DNA of 64,000 bases from the human T2T-CHM13v2.0 reference genome, Homo sapiens (GCF_009914755.1 NC_060928.1), one strand, 5' to 3'. Positions 16,973 through 35,327 are shown, numbered from the stretch's first letter. Numbers and translations: made by a program. Notes: generated by a model from the sequence alone, not told the origin.

Positions 16973-19398
16973 GTTGTTTTTCTCTTATTGGACCCTTAGG
17001 TTAATGACATGGTTTGGTATTAGAAATGTTGTTATAGTATACTTTTTGATAAATATGACTTCTGAGTTTGGATTCTTTTCTTGGCATAGATCATGGTAAT
17101 GAATTTATAGGGTCTTGTTATATGTTGTCAAATTACCTTCCAAAAATTTAACAGTTTACACTCTGCATAGGACATCTGAAGTTCTGTATGTCAAGCCTCC
17201 CTTTTACTTCCTCTTCTGGTAAGAGTACCTGTCCTGTTTTGATTTATCTCATCCCAGTGATGGGATTTTGGGGTCTCAGCGTGCTGCCAGGCAGTAACAT
17301 GCCTTCCTAGATCTTAGCAATTGATATAATGGGTACATGTGACCCAAACTAGCCCAACCAGACTTCTTCCTTTGAGATTTTATGTTCTGAAACTTGAGAT
17401 GTTCTGTCCTCTGGGGTTCCTAAGCTCTGATAATGTTACTTGGTGGTGTCTGCTGCTAGAATGCCTGACTTAGGGAGGAAACTCTGTGACTGGAGAGAAG
17501 GAGGGCAACAAAAAGAGAAGTTGAGACGAGACACTGTGGGTTGGGACTGGGGGACAAAAGAAGAGGAAAAGGAGGTGAGAGAATAAGGGGAACAAGAAGA
17601 GGGGAGAAGGGAATGGGGGAAAGAAGTAGAACAAAAGAGAGAGGAGAGAGTTGAGTTCTTCTATCCAGTTATTGCTGAGGTCAATTGCATCCATATTCTT
17701 TCAGTTCCTTGTGCTAAGACATACTTTCATGTAATAATGTTAATTTAAATATAATTTCTAAGGCTTGTCTCTGAAAGAGTCCTAATTTGCATTCCCACTA
17801 TTTTCTATAGTTTCAGTTGAAATTAAAAATCTACAGTATAAATTCCCCACTTGACCTTGCACTGACACCAAGTATTAATCATAATCAGCATCAGTATTAA
17901 TCACAATGGATAGCCAGGCTGGAACGCAAAATGTTAAGTTGCTTATAGGTCGCTTGAACCAAGATTAGTGACAACTTTAACCAGAAATAAATATATTTTA
18001 AATTGATATATGAGGTGTTGAATTAGCATTAAAGGTTTACTGGACATTTATTCTTCACCTTAAATTTAATATGATAGGTTTGTAACTCTTTTTCTGTCTT
18101 TTCAATACTCTGTAAACCATTTATTTCTAGGTAGAAGGACTCCAGGAAAAGTTCAATTTTTGCTATTATTGGATGCTTGGTTTGTTCACAAAAAAGAAAA
18201 TCTTATATTTATATCCTTCTAGAGCATCCTATAAATGTACTAGCTTTTTGTAATGTTTGGATTGTATCTGGGACCATATTGGAGGATATGTTGCGTTTAC
18301 GCCAGGTTTCTTGATATGCACCAAAGTGGTTTTGTTGCTATGTGCCATTGATTTGAGCAATACTATTAATAAAAGTCCTTCTCCATAGAGTAAATGTGAG
18401 ATGGTCTCTGGGAAAAAAGCAGAGGGAGGGGGTGTCTGGGTTAAAATGGTAGGATTCTCAAAGCTGTTAAAGTACTAATTTGCATTATCAATGCTCCAAA
18501 TGGGACTGCAAAAGGCAGCATTTCCAAAACAGGTTTTTAAACCACCTTTTTCACTTAACATTTCACCAGTTATGTGTTCAGTCCAGGAAATAGAGCAGTG
18601 AAAAAGATAAAAAGTTGCTTTGCTCTCACAGACTTTGTAGAGCTTACAGTCATTTGCCATGCTGGAACATCAGTACAAATGAGCGCCCATATCATATTAA
18701 ATATAATCATAAATATCACATAGCAACATAAATATTTAAAAGCTGTACATTAAACTAACTGATTGTTAAAATGTGTTCCATGCTTTTCCCTTGAATGATA
18801 TATCTGCAAAATGATCTGGAAGGCCAAGCTTTCATTTAGAATTTGGATTATTTGGAGTTTTGTGCACTGATGACAGAGCGCACTTGCTTCTGGCTCCCTG
18901 CTTGTGAGCTCCTTTCTCACTTATCTTCCCACCACAGGAAAGTTTTGCATGGATATCTGGGGATATCACAACCCCTACATCCAGGGTCTACCTCCTGGGC
19001 ACCCCTCCCCTTACATCCTTTGGGTGTAGGAACTGTGGAGGGGGTGAGATACCTCTTTGGCCCCTCTAAGCTTCTGCTGAAGGGTGAGCCCTGAGGAAGC
19101 CAAGGCACCAAGTGTGGTGGGGAGGACTCAGGGTGGGAGCCCCAGCTATCGGGTTCTAAGGATAGTATTGTTTATTACCTATGATTAGCCTGTGTTCTGT
19201 GGAACACACTTTGGAAAATGGTTTATCCTTTGTGAAAACAAGGACAACCTCGAGAAGACTAGATGTAGAATTTTTGTTTAAAAATAGTTAGTGTTGCCTT
19301 TTGTGACAAGATGCCGATTAGAATATTGGAAGAGTTACCATAAAAGGCTGGAATTGTATTAAATGAACAAGCCACTTTCCCAGAAGTCAGATTTGAAC

Positions 19399-19950
19399 TG
19401 TGATGGTTAATATTGAGCGTCAACTTGATTGGATTGAAGGATGCAAAGTATTGTTCCTGGGTGTGCCTGTGAGGGTGTTGCCAAAGGAGATTAACATTTG
19501 AGTCAGTGGGCTGGGAAAGGCAGGCCCACCCTCAATCTGGGTGGGCACCATCCGATCAGCTGCCAGTGTGGCTAGAATAAAGCAGGAATGGACAGAGCAG
19601 ACCTGCTGAGTCTTCTGGCCTCCATCTTTCTCCCATGCTGGATGCTTCTTGCCCTTGAACATCAGACTCCAAGTTCTTCAACTTTTGTACTCTTGGACCT
19701 ACACCAGTGGTTTGCCAGGGGCTTTTGGGCCTCAGGCCACAGACCAAAGGCTGCACTTCAGCTTCCCTACTTCTTCCCTACTTGTGAGGTTTTGGAACTC
19801 AGACTGGTTCTCCTTGTTCCTCAGCGTGCAGACAGCCTATTGTGGGACTTCACATTGTGATTGTGTGAATCAATACTCCTTAATAAAATCCCCTTCATAT
19901 ATACATCTATCCTGTTAGTCCTGTCCCTCTAGAGAACCCTGACTAATACA
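19399..19950 (+). mobile_element. MLT2A (HERV-L) solo LTR
   Basis: Begins TGTGATGGTTAATATTGAG..CAACTTGATTGGATTGAAGG and ends CTCTAGAGAACCCTGACTAATACA. 5-bp TSD TGAAC at 19394-19398 and 19951-19955. Confidence 0.88.
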
Positions 19951-21689
19951 TGAACTATAACATATTTTGTCTTAAACCTGGAAGTAATTGGCACAGGTTT
20001 CTAAGCACCAAAGACCTACCCGAGAGCACTGGCATTTGGCTCTGTTAGTGCAGCCTAGTCCTTGCTCAGTGTTTGAAAAATAGGCAGCACTTACTAGTCA
20101 GTTGAAGTAATGGCCAATAGCAGACAAAAGACAGAAAATGCAAACAGAAGGTAGAAAAACTATAAAAGCATAGTCAGCAGTGGTCAGGCGGTACATAGGA
20201 ATAAACGACCTTACATCCCTAATCCTTGCTACATAGGAGTGCATAGAAGCTCCACAAGTCTCCATAGATTTAAACAGTGAAAGTATTTTTGCAATGCTGT
20301 TTATTTTTTTAAATGGGGATGTGATGCAATAGATATTTTTACATGCTTAAAATGAAAAGAAGGAAATTGCTTTGAGATAATAGCTTCTGTTGTAATATTC
20401 ACTTATATGAAATAACGAACAAGGGTATTGATATATTTGTTTAAGAGTTGCTGAAAGCTTCAAGATTAAAGGCATTCACTAACAGAGAATGATCATTTTA
20501 CACTTAAAATCCTGTGCAGCATGAGTTGTCTTATTTTTTAAAGGAGGCTGTGCTGTGCTTTTTCAGAATCATTTTACTACCACTATGTAGAGTCCCAGGA
20601 AGACTTTGGGAGACAAGAGCCTATGTCTTTCTTGATGGATGTACTAGGAATAACTAAGATCACTCCCTGATCAGAATTCCTTTGAACACTTGATGGGAGA
20701 ATCCTTCCTGCCCACTGACTCATGGGCCTTTTGAGGGTGGAGCAGTGTTTGCTGAATCATTGATGAACTGGCTGGATCATTCATTGCTTATTGGACCTGA
20801 TTAAACCCTCTTTTGTTTTCTCAGAATATGTTGCAGACATTTTCTGAAAGTGTTTTGTTATCTTATTGTGACAAAATATTTATTTGCCAGTATATTTAGT
20901 GGATGAGGAGAGAGAATAATGAGTGTGTTGGTATTATGTATGCGCCATGAATTTCAGTTGCTGACAGACATCGTCTATGACAATATTGTGCCACAGGTTT
21001 CTTTATTCTTTGCAGTCGAGGTTCAGAAACATGAATTAAACTTGATTGCACAATATCTCCTCATAGAAATTACAAGGAGAATGGCATGCCCTGACAGTGC
21101 TTATTTACACAGAACACCCTAGTTCACTGTTTCCCCTCTGGCTTTTCTAAAACAAGCAATTTATTCACAACAGTTTTAAATTTAAAAATCAATATTTCTA
21201 ATAAAATAGTTTTACACTTTTCATCTTTATGTATGGATGAGTATTGGAAGGGAATCCAAATGAGTTTAAGCAGTAAAGATGATACTATTAATAAAAACCA
21301 TTCTAGGAAAGTCTATGAAAACCAGCTATTGTTGTTTCTATTTCAACACTAAAGTATATGTGAATGGAGTATAGTGTAACTTTTCATTCATTAACTAGAT
21401 ATTAAGTAGTAAAATTGGCTTCAGGCAAAAAAGTAAATCGATTGTGGTCAAATTAAAAAATGCATTTGGTAGTTTAAAAATATTTTAAAGAGTTTACTCT
21501 TTTAAAATAAGTACTGAGTGCTTGTCATTGATGGTATGCTTCAGTAGAACACATTTAGAGAATATTTACTTTGGGGTTCAGGGATTTATAAACTTTCTTG
21601 AACTTGCTCAAAATGCTTATATGAAACATTACCTAAATTATTCTCCATTAATTGGGGAAGTGGGATGATATGTTTTTAAAACTTGTGTT

Positions 21690-21840
21690 AAGTCCTTTTT
21701 TAAAGGCATTAATCCCACCCAGAGGGGCAGAGTCTTCACAACTCAATCACCTCCAAAATCTTTATCTCTTAATAGTATCACACTGGTGATTAAGTTTCAA
21801 CATGAATTTTGGAGGGGACACAAACATTCAAACCATAGCA
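21690..21840 (-). mobile_element. MaLR LTR fragment (MST/MLT1A-like)
   Basis: AAGTTTCAACATGAATTTTGGAGGGGACACAAACATTCAAACCATAGCA is the reverse complement of a MaLR LTR start. Confidence 0.7.
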
Positions 21841-21929
21841 TATACTGTATATGTTATTCTGCACCTTGCCTTTTTAAAGACTATCCTAGTGATATTTCCA
21901 AACATGCCTGTAGAAAACACCCTCATCCC

Positions 21930-22140
21930 TCTCTCCTCTACCTCATTCTCTTCTTTTTGTACCTCCTCCTCCTCTTTCTCCTCCTTTTCCTTCTTCTTCC
22001 TCTTCCTCTTCTTTCTTTTCCTCCTCCTCCTCCTCTTCTTTTTACTTCCTTCTACTTTCTTCTTCTCTTCCTCCCCTCCCCCCACCCTCTCCTCCTTCTC
22101 CTCCTCCTCCTCATCGTCATCTTCTTCTTCTTCTCTTTTT
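21930..22140. repeat. CT-rich low-complexity polypyrimidine/polypurine tract
   Basis: About 200 bp of CCT/CTT-type units. Confidence 0.9.
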
Positions 22141-22734
22141 ACTGCTGCATAATATTCCACTGTATAATGTAATCTAATATATTTAACAAATTCTCCATCA
22201 ATGGATAGCTGGGTCGTTCCAATTTTTGTCTTCTACTAAAATGTTGTAATGAGAAACTACATGTGTATGTAATTTCATATTACTGCAGGTATATCTATAG
22301 CATATGAATTTGTATAAGATTAAAAACAAAAGAATGCAAACTCATAGCCTTTGCTTCAGTAGTTTTTGAAACAGACAGCAAAATATTCTGTTTTATTTTG
22401 GAAGGGATTAGGAAGTCATAACAAAAACAACAGTATAATTAAGATTGTCTAGCCTAAATATTTTCAAAATGTGCCCTACAGAACCCTGGGGATCTCCAAG
22501 ATAATTTCAGGCAATTGAAGAGGTCAAATTATTTCATAATGGTACTAAGACATCATTTTCTTTTTTCACGGTTGACATCTGCACAAATGATGCAAAAATA
22601 ATAGTGGGTAAAACTTTGTGCAGACTGGTACAAATCAACCAGCGGGAGCAAACTGTACTGGTAGCCATTGACTTCTTCACTGCCATGCAATCACATTTTT
22701 AAAAAAGTAAATCTCAATTAAGAATATCTAATGA

Positions 22735-23060
<326 letters not shown>

Positions 23061-23113
23061 TTAATTACATTGAACATCAACACCAAGTCTACTTTAGAAA
23101 ATATATTGTGTGA

Positions 23114-26327
<3,214 letters not shown>

Positions 26328-27286
26328 AGAAAATATATTGTGTGACAAAATGGGAAGTATTCATAAAGTGCTTCTGCATATCAAATTACAATGGTTGACT
26401 TGAGGAAAATCACTTGAGAGAATGAACTGTGGGCTGAACTAGCCACTTTTCCCCTATAGGACACCATTTTTACTTGAAATAGGGCTAGTATCTGGCAGAC
26501 ATTTTCTTCAGAATTAACAAAGTGAGACTGACCCTTCAAGAAAATCAATTGACAGCACATGTTGCCAGTGATAAAAATTTAAGGTTTTATGTAACTATTA
26601 GAATTTTGGTAAACTTGTGTCTGCTATCAAGAGCTTGATAGCTTCCTAATACTCAAATATTTTCTGATGAAGTTCATAGTAATATTAATACCTGTGATTT
26701 AAAAAAGTATTGCATACAGAAATATGTCAACATTTGGGAGACTGACTTAACTTTGTGAACCAATATTTTAACCCACACTTCAAAAACAATTCATGGGTTT
26801 ATATGCAAGATAAACCAATGATTTTAATGCAACAAAACAGGAAAAATTCAACAGTGTGTTCACATTCAACCAACTTTTAAGAAATTATCGTTTGTCAAAT
26901 TTTGGTGTAGTATCACAGAAGAATATTATCAATTATCTGAAAAGCCTGTTAAGTTTTCCTCTTTTCCAACTGCATAACTATGTAAGGCTGGATTTTCTTC
27001 AAAACAAGATATTGCAACAGATTGAATACATAAGCAGATATCAAAATTCAGCTGTCTTCTGTTATGCTAGACATTAGAGATTTGCAAACATGTAAAATAA
27101 TTCTCACTAAATTTTTTATTTAGGAAATATAGCTATTTTTCATAAAAACATGTCATTTATGTTAACATGTAATGGGCTTATTATATTACTGTAAAACAAA
27201 TAAATATTTAAAATTTTCTGTTTCAATATCTAATGTGATAGGTATCAGTATATATAAGTCACACAAACAAAAGCTCTTTAGGGTCA

Positions 27287-27650
27287 TAATATGGTTTGGC
27301 TTTGTGTCCCCACCCAAATCTCACCTCGAATTGTAATCCCCAAGTGTGGAGGAAGAAACCTGATGGGAGGCGATTGTGTTATGGGGGCAGTTTCCCCCAT
27401 GCTGTTCTCGTGATAGTGAGGGAGTTCTCACAAGATCTGATTGTTTAACAGTGGCAGTTTCCCTGCATTTTTTCTCTTTCTTGCTGCCTTGTGAAGAAGG
27501 TAATTGCTTCTCCTTCACCTTCCACCATGATTGTAAGTTTCCTGAGGCCTCCCCAGCCATATGGAACTGTGAATCGATTAAACCTCTTTCCTTTATAAAT
27601 TACCCAGTCTCAGGCAGCTCTTCATAGCAGTGTGAAAACGGACTAATACA
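27287..27650 (+). mobile_element. THE1D/MSTA-type MaLR solo LTR
   Basis: TAATATGGTTTGGCTTTGTGTCCCCACCCAAATCTCA...ATAAATTACCCAGTCTCAGG...GGACTAATACA. 5-bp TSD GGTCA at 27282-27286 and 27651-27655. Confidence 0.88.
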
Positions 27651-30600
27651 GGTCATCAGTAATTCTTTTGAGGCTCAAGAGCCATGAAATTAAGAAGTTG
27701 AGAACCATTATTCTTGCTATTCTGTGAGGATTGGGCAATTTGAAAATAGGTAAGGTCTGAAGGTTCAAGGCAAATTATTCATTTTTTAAAAAAATATGAA
27801 TGATGTATTCTCTGAGTCAGTAAAATTATCACAAGTAGAAATTTCTTTGCTTTAGAATAGTGTACACACTGAACTAAAATATTATGAAAAATTTTTGTCT
27901 TTTCCTATATCTATTTTTACCATTTTGATTTCAGCCAGATAGTCATATAATTTATTCATTTATAGCAATACCTTTTATGCCTGAAATAACCTTGTTTTTA
28001 TTCTTTAATTCAGAATTCACCATGAAGCTCACTTTGTCCAAATCCATTTTGAAGGACTGCTCTTACAAAGGAGGATAAATAGGGAATGGGGTTTATCCCA
28101 TTGGTTATGAGTGATGGTTGCCTAAGGGGCTGCTATGAAGTGTTGGAAGTGTCAGTGGGTTATAAGATGAGAATAAATCATCATTATCAACAGGAACAAG
28201 AGCATTCATGGCATGATTCATTGAGGGCCGTTATGTTTCATCTCTGTTTTTTGTAGGCATACAAATTAAAAGTTTGAAGATGAAGAATTTGTGTATGTAT
28301 TTATGTGAATATGGCATAAAGTTCTGTCTAGGAGATAGATACTTGGCCTATACTTCTTTTTAGGGATACACCATAGTTGGTGTTAGCCTTAGTATTTGGC
28401 CAAAATTTTTGTCTTTGTGTCAGGCCACAGCTTTTGGAAAGCTGAGTAGTTCAACGCGTACTTCAAATGTCAGCTCTAAATGTTTGCAGGATCACTGATG
28501 TAAGTGTATAGGATAGTAGTGCATTAAATCAGCATTACACTGCCAATAGCATAAACAAGACAAATAATTCAGATTTATTGTTACTAGCTGAATAGTCACT
28601 TTCAAATATAGATATGTATTTTATAAGCACTTTTGAATGAAAAATATCTCTATATGCCTTAAATGTTGACAGTCTATAGGTTTGTTGAAACATAAATGTA
28701 AATGTTATTGCAAGAGTCAAATGCAGCAAAAATTAATGATGATTGTGAAAACTGTTAACTTTATATCCAAAAATTACCAGGCCATTTCAAATAATAAGTA
28801 TATAAAGAAATAGATTTAAAGTAAAGGTTAATGTTAAGAGAGAATATATTAGCTAGATAACCTTAATAAGAATATTTATCTTATTAGAGCCAGTAAATAT
28901 TTATAAAATTGAAATAATACAAGAAACAGTAATAGAAATCTTATCATTAAGATTACAATCTTTGGAAATGTTTGTCGTATTAACATTAAATTATCAAAGA
29001 AAATAACCTTCAAAATTATACTAGTATTTTGTAGTTATTTAGTTCTATTTAGGCCATGAGTCTTGCAGGAAAAAGTTCTCCATGGGAATGTTTCACATCT
29101 TGAAGGATGAATTAAAAACAAAATTAAGTTTGCCTTGTTAAAATTTCACAAGGCAGGAAAACAACCCAAATCATGTACAACAACATCTGTGATAAATCTT
29201 CTTTGATCTAGACACAACAAAGAATATAAAGAATAAAGGAGGAAAGTGTTAAAGAAAAATGAGGAATTCCTAAAATATCATGTTTCTCTACCAACCTCAG
29301 TTGAAAGAGTGTGTCTATTTAGTATCACAGATAAGCCGTAGCGTGAAAGCAGGAGCAGTCTAGCAGCTGACAGTACTGAGAAATGGTTCTTCCTCTATTA
29401 TGTCAAATTTTCAAAATTTTACTGCTGGTTTTAATGATAAAATTATAATGAAATAATTTTTGGGTAACATTCCCAAGTTTCTTACATCTGAGAAGTCCAA
29501 TCTCTGATGGTGAATATAGGCGTAGGTCTTGGTTTTGGCTGAATATTGATTTTAACATTAGTTCCTTCTGCATTATCTCATAATTTGTCCTTGATACACT
29601 TCTTCTTTACAACATTCCTCCTCCAATGTTTAATAAATAAAAAAGGAAGAGCTCACAGTCCTACAAATGAGATTGGACATACTTTCCCTCATGTTTTTCT
29701 TTGTTGTTTCATTATTTTTTCTTCTATGAAATGCTTTTTTTTGGGGGGGGGGTATTTATATATTTTTCTTAGAGTTCTGTCTATGCTTGTTTTATAATTC
29801 ATTTTGTGTCTTGTTTTCTTTACACTCTTGGTATCTTTTGATGAACAGAAGTTGTTTATTTTAATTTGTCAAATTTATTGATATCTTTTGTTTAGTAATT
29901 TTGTTTGAAAAGTTTTTTTCAAACCTGATGTCATAAAAATATTCTATAATTATCTGTAAAAGTTTTCAAATTTTGTTCTTCACATACAAGTTTTTGATCC
30001 ATTTGAAATTATTTTTTATGTATGTGTTAAGGCAAGGATCTAATTTTGTTTCCATTTGAATAATCAGTTTTCCTGGTGCAATTTATTCAGTTGTCTGTTT
30101 CAGTAATTTTCATTGCTATCTCTGGCATCTCCGTGTGGTCCTGTTTTGGGCCTCTGTTCTATTCCATTGGTCAATTTATCTTTCCCTTTACCAATACTAC
30201 ATTTAAAAATTATAATAGGTTAATAATAAATCCTAATTTTAGTGCAAAAGTGTTTGCCCACATTGCCCTCTACCTCCTCCTTCCTTAACAGTGTCTTGAC
30301 CATTCATTCATAAGCTTTGCTTTTTCTCATACATTTAAAATCGGGTTGCCAAATTATTTGAAAATTCTGCCATGATTTTTGTTTATTGATGTAATCTTTA
30401 CAAGCAGTTGAAGACAGCTTTTAAATGTACAACTCAATGAGTTTTGAAAATTGTGTCACCTTACCTAACCAATATCCAATCAAAATATAGAATATTTCTA
30501 TCACCCGGAAAGTTCCCTCATGCCCCTTTTTGAGTCAAGCCTCGAAGCAACTACAGTTCTGCCATCTATTCTGATAGATTAGTTTTGTGTTCCTGAATTT

Positions 30601-31309
30601 TAAGTAAATGAATTCAGTTCTCTTTTGTGTCTGATATTTTTCTCAACATAATGTTTTTGAAATTCATTCATGTTACTGAGCATACAAAATTTATTGATTT
30701 GATTCATTGATATATTCATTCATGTTTTGTAGTTTTTTTATTGTTGAGTATTATTTCATTGTGTGGATTTAGCACAAATTGTTAGTCTATTTTCTTGCTG
30801 ATGATCATTTGGGCTGTTTCATATTTTTGGCTATTATGGATAAAGCTGCTATAGATTGTCACATACAAGTCTTTGTATGGACATACATTTTTATTTCTTT
30901 TGATAAGTACCTACAAGTGGAGTTGGAGGGTCATAGGGTAGGCATATGTTTAAATATATAATGAACTGCTAAACAGTTTTCCAAAGTGGTTGTAACATTT
31001 TTAATTCCCACAACCAATGCATAGTTGCTCCATATCCCTGCCCAATGTTTGGAGGTGTTCATCTTTTAAATTTTAGCCAATGAGAAAAGTAACATCTTGT
31101 TGTGCTTTTAATTTGCATTATGCTTATGACTAGCAACACTGAACACCTTTCCATGTGCTTATTGTCCATTCATAAATGTTTTGTGAGATGTCTGTGCAAG
31201 TCTTGCCTATTTATGAAATTGGAATGTGTGCCTTGTTATTAGTGAGTTGCATGACCTCTTTTTATATTCTGGATATAAGACCTTTGTTATATATTTGCAT
31301 TGTGAATAA

Positions 31310-31666
<357 letters not shown>

Positions 31667-32248
31667 TAATACTTAGTGTTCATTAACAGCTGAGGGCTGC
31701 TAGTTTTGATTGTCTGTGTTTTTGTTTATCTGCAAATGTCTTCAATCCACTCATTTGGGGTATATTCACTCAACAAAGAGTGAGTGAATATTTCAAACTT
31801 TTTTTGAAAGTTTTTTTTCCTTTAGTAGTTTACAAATGTTATTTGTCTCTTGGCTTCCATTATGTCTGATGACAAGTCTGCCATTATTTGTATTGTCTTT
31901 TTCTCTGACCACTTTTAGATTTGTTGTTTAACTGGTTGTCAGCAGTTGACTTTGACATACACACATGCTCTCTCCTGTACACTTATTTTGTTTGGGGTTC
32001 ATGGAGAATGTTGGATCATTAATTTGATGTTTTCCACCACATTTGGCCAACTTTATTTTATTTATTTATTTTGTAATATATGTATATTTTGCCTTATTTT
32101 GTCTCTCCTCTCCACCTGAGACTTTAGTTACTATACACACACACACACATATGTATGTCTATATGTATGAATGTGTGTGTTTGTGTGTGTGTGTGTGTGT
32201 GTGTTATACCATTTTATATTGTCCTACAGGTCACCGAGTCTCTATTAA

Positions 32249-32538
<290 letters not shown>

Positions 32539-33454
32539 ATCTCTGTTAATTTTTTTAAATCATTTTTTTCTCTCTTCTAGTAGACAATTTCTTTGATTTG
32601 CCTTCAAATCCACTATCACTTTCTTCTGTAGTCTTCACAATGCTGTTAAAAGAATTTGTGCCTTATATATTTTCCATTCTAGGACTTCAACTCTTTAAAA
32701 AAATAGTTTCTATTTCTCTGCTGAGATTCCTCATGTGTTTACTAATTATGACCATCTTTTTCTTTAAGCTCATGAATACATTTATAATATCTGCTTTAAA
32801 GTTTGTGTCTGCTAATACCAACATCTGGATCATTTCAGGACTGTGTCTGTTGCTTGCTTTTGTTTTTTAGTTTTGAGTCATATTTTCTTAATTTTTTACA
32901 TCTAGTAATTTACTATTGTATGCTGGACATTGTCATGGTACATTTTTAGGATACTGGATTTTTTTTTTCTTTTAAAGGCCGTTGAGAATTGTACTTTAGG
33001 ACACAATAAATTACAGCAAATACTTTTGGTCCTGACAGGTATGCTGTGATTTTTTTCCCCTTTATTCAATTGCTTGGGAAATTTACAAAATTTCTCATAT
33101 GTGTGTTTACACACATCTATTTGCATGAAGTTGAAACATATTATACTACTTAAAGACATTTTACCAATCATTCTTTTCTATTATAATTTTTATATAATTA
33201 ATCTATTATTAATTTCTTTGTTAGTATAGTCCGTTTCCTTAATTACATTGTATGCCTCAGGGACTGACTTTTATGTTATATTTCTTTGTATAATTATGGC
33301 ATTTGACACACAGCTGGCATTCAATAAGAGTAATAACTTCTAGTGAATATAAAAAATGCTTTACCGTGGTTACTCCAGTATTTCTTTCATAGCTAGTCTT
33401 ACTCTACTTTTGAGTATTATACATTGAGTTTGTTAATTCATGCGCTCATATATC

Positions 33455-33760
33455 CATTTATCAATCCATTCAACAAATCTTTATTGAGGACCTACTATAT
33501 GCCAGTTCCTGTGGTGATACTATGGCTACAACAGTGAATAAGATGAACAGTGTCCACATCCTCATAGAACTTATAACTAAACAGGGGAGACAAATAATAA
33601 ACAAATAATCATGGAAAATAAAACTAGATCGTAGCTTATCATGAAAAAATAAAGCAGAGGAAAGGGATGAAGAACAAAGAAGTTAGTTATTGTGGTGATG
33701 ATGAGGCATGTGTGTTTTTAAAAATAGGGTTGTGAGGAAAGTGTCTCTAAGTAGATGACC
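33455..33760 (-). mobile_element. L2 remnant
   Basis: CATTCAACAAATCTTTATTGAGGACCTACTATATGCCAG...CCTCATAGAACTTATA. Confidence 0.7.
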
Positions 33761-34039
33761 TCAAACTGCAGCAATTAAATAAGTGTATATAAACAGAATA
33801 AGGGGCTAATTATTAGGTGTGATTCCAGGAGCATTACAAAGGCTGCTGTCCCCCATAAATTCTTCTGAAATCCAGCTGTCTATACTTTGCAACTTTATCT
33901 TAAGGCTTTGTTGCCTTAAAATGCAAATCCTTAAAATGTAGTTATGACTTAAGTGTTTAAGTGTCAAATACTTTTGTGTGAATGAGCTTCAGATTTTTTT
34001 TCTGAAGAAGTGAAAATAGAGCAAAAACATAAGGAGTTA

Positions 34040-34660
34040 GCATGGTGTAATAGTTAGGAGCATATATTGCCAGGGTTTCAAGTTCTGGCTCTGCCATTTA
34101 CTAGCTGTATGAGCTTGAAGTAGTTGCTTAATATCCTTATGCCCCAATTTCCTGAACTGTAAAATGGTGATAATAATAGTGCCTACCCTCGTATGGTTGA
34201 CATGACGATAATACCTTGTATTTTCAAAATCTGTAGGGCCCCTGTCTATGAGAAGATTATCCATCCCTTCTTCATTGTCAGGTTTGGCCAAGTCACTTTT
34301 TTGGCCTGTAAAATGTTAGTCTAACTGCTGTATATAACTTATGTGCAGAAATTTCAAGAGCTCACTGCAGCCATTGCATGTTTCTGCCATTCTCTTTTTT
34401 CTCTCTACCATGAGAATGGTGATGTCTGAGATAGGGTTCTCCTCAACATGGATCCTGTACTGAAGAGGACAGGAAGCAGAACCACAGTCAAAGCCAACAT
34501 ACAATGTAGTGAGGAATAGATCTTTCTTGTTGTGAGCCACTGAAATTCAGGATCATTTCTTACTGCTGCCAGACTTATTGTAATCTTACTGATATAAATT
34601 GTTATTTCTAACATGCTTACAACAGTACCTGGCACACAGTGCACCCTAAATAAATAAACA
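34040..34660 (+). mobile_element. MIR interrupted by an old MLT1-type LTR (about 34240-34575)
   Basis: MIR core GGGTTTCAAGTTCTGGCTCTGCCATTTACTAGCTGTATGAGCTTG; MLT1-like end TGTGAGCCACTGAAATTCAGG...TTACTGC; MIR tail ACAGTACCTGGCACACAG. Confidence 0.55.
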
Positions 34661-35327
34661 CATATCATCTTGAGGGAGGCTAGCTTTTGAGAAGAGAATG
34701 TAATAGAACTGTAAGACCGAGGCACCTAAACCAGACTTTCTGGCTACTTTCTGATTCTTTAATAATTTTGTGCTATAGAAGTAGGACACAATGATGTACC
34801 ATTGTTCCTGATATCTGAACCAGATATTAGAAATAAGATGATGGAGTTGAATGATTTGCTTATGGGATGCACTGTCACTGTTTCCAAAGTATTTCTTATG
34901 GAGTCTTCACTCTCCAGTACCTATTTACACTTCTTAAGACTAAGTATTATAGGGTCTATTGAAAAATATGTACACAATGCTTATTACAGTGTTCTCACAA
35001 AACAATCGCTTCTTGATACTTGTTAACTAGGTAACCATAAGAAAAAATTAAATTGTTAATCTTGATGGTTTGAAAAAAAGGAGAGTTTCTGTTTATACTA
35101 CATGTTATGAGAGCGACCATGGTTTTCCTAATCCCATTCTGTTTGCTTGGTTAGCTAAATTATTATACTAAATGCTAAAGCTTATATTTCCACTTCGATG
35201 TTTTAAAATTGGAAATATGGTTATTTCTAAGCTATTTTCCCATGAGTTAGCTGGGTAAAAGAAAGATGAAGAATGCTCTTTTTAAAAAATGCTTGTGTCT
35301 ACTAAACTAACAACAAGTTTAAGAACA

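Noticed and set aside
21786-22172. Poly-Leu, poly-Ser and poly-Glu/Lys ORFs
   Set aside because: They are translations of the CT-rich low-complexity tract.
31762-31791. Perfect 11-bp inverted repeat ATATTCACTCA/TGAGTGAATAT with an 8-nt loop
   Set aside because: It is short and lies within decayed L1 sequence, is too small for a miRNA hairpin, and has no other support.
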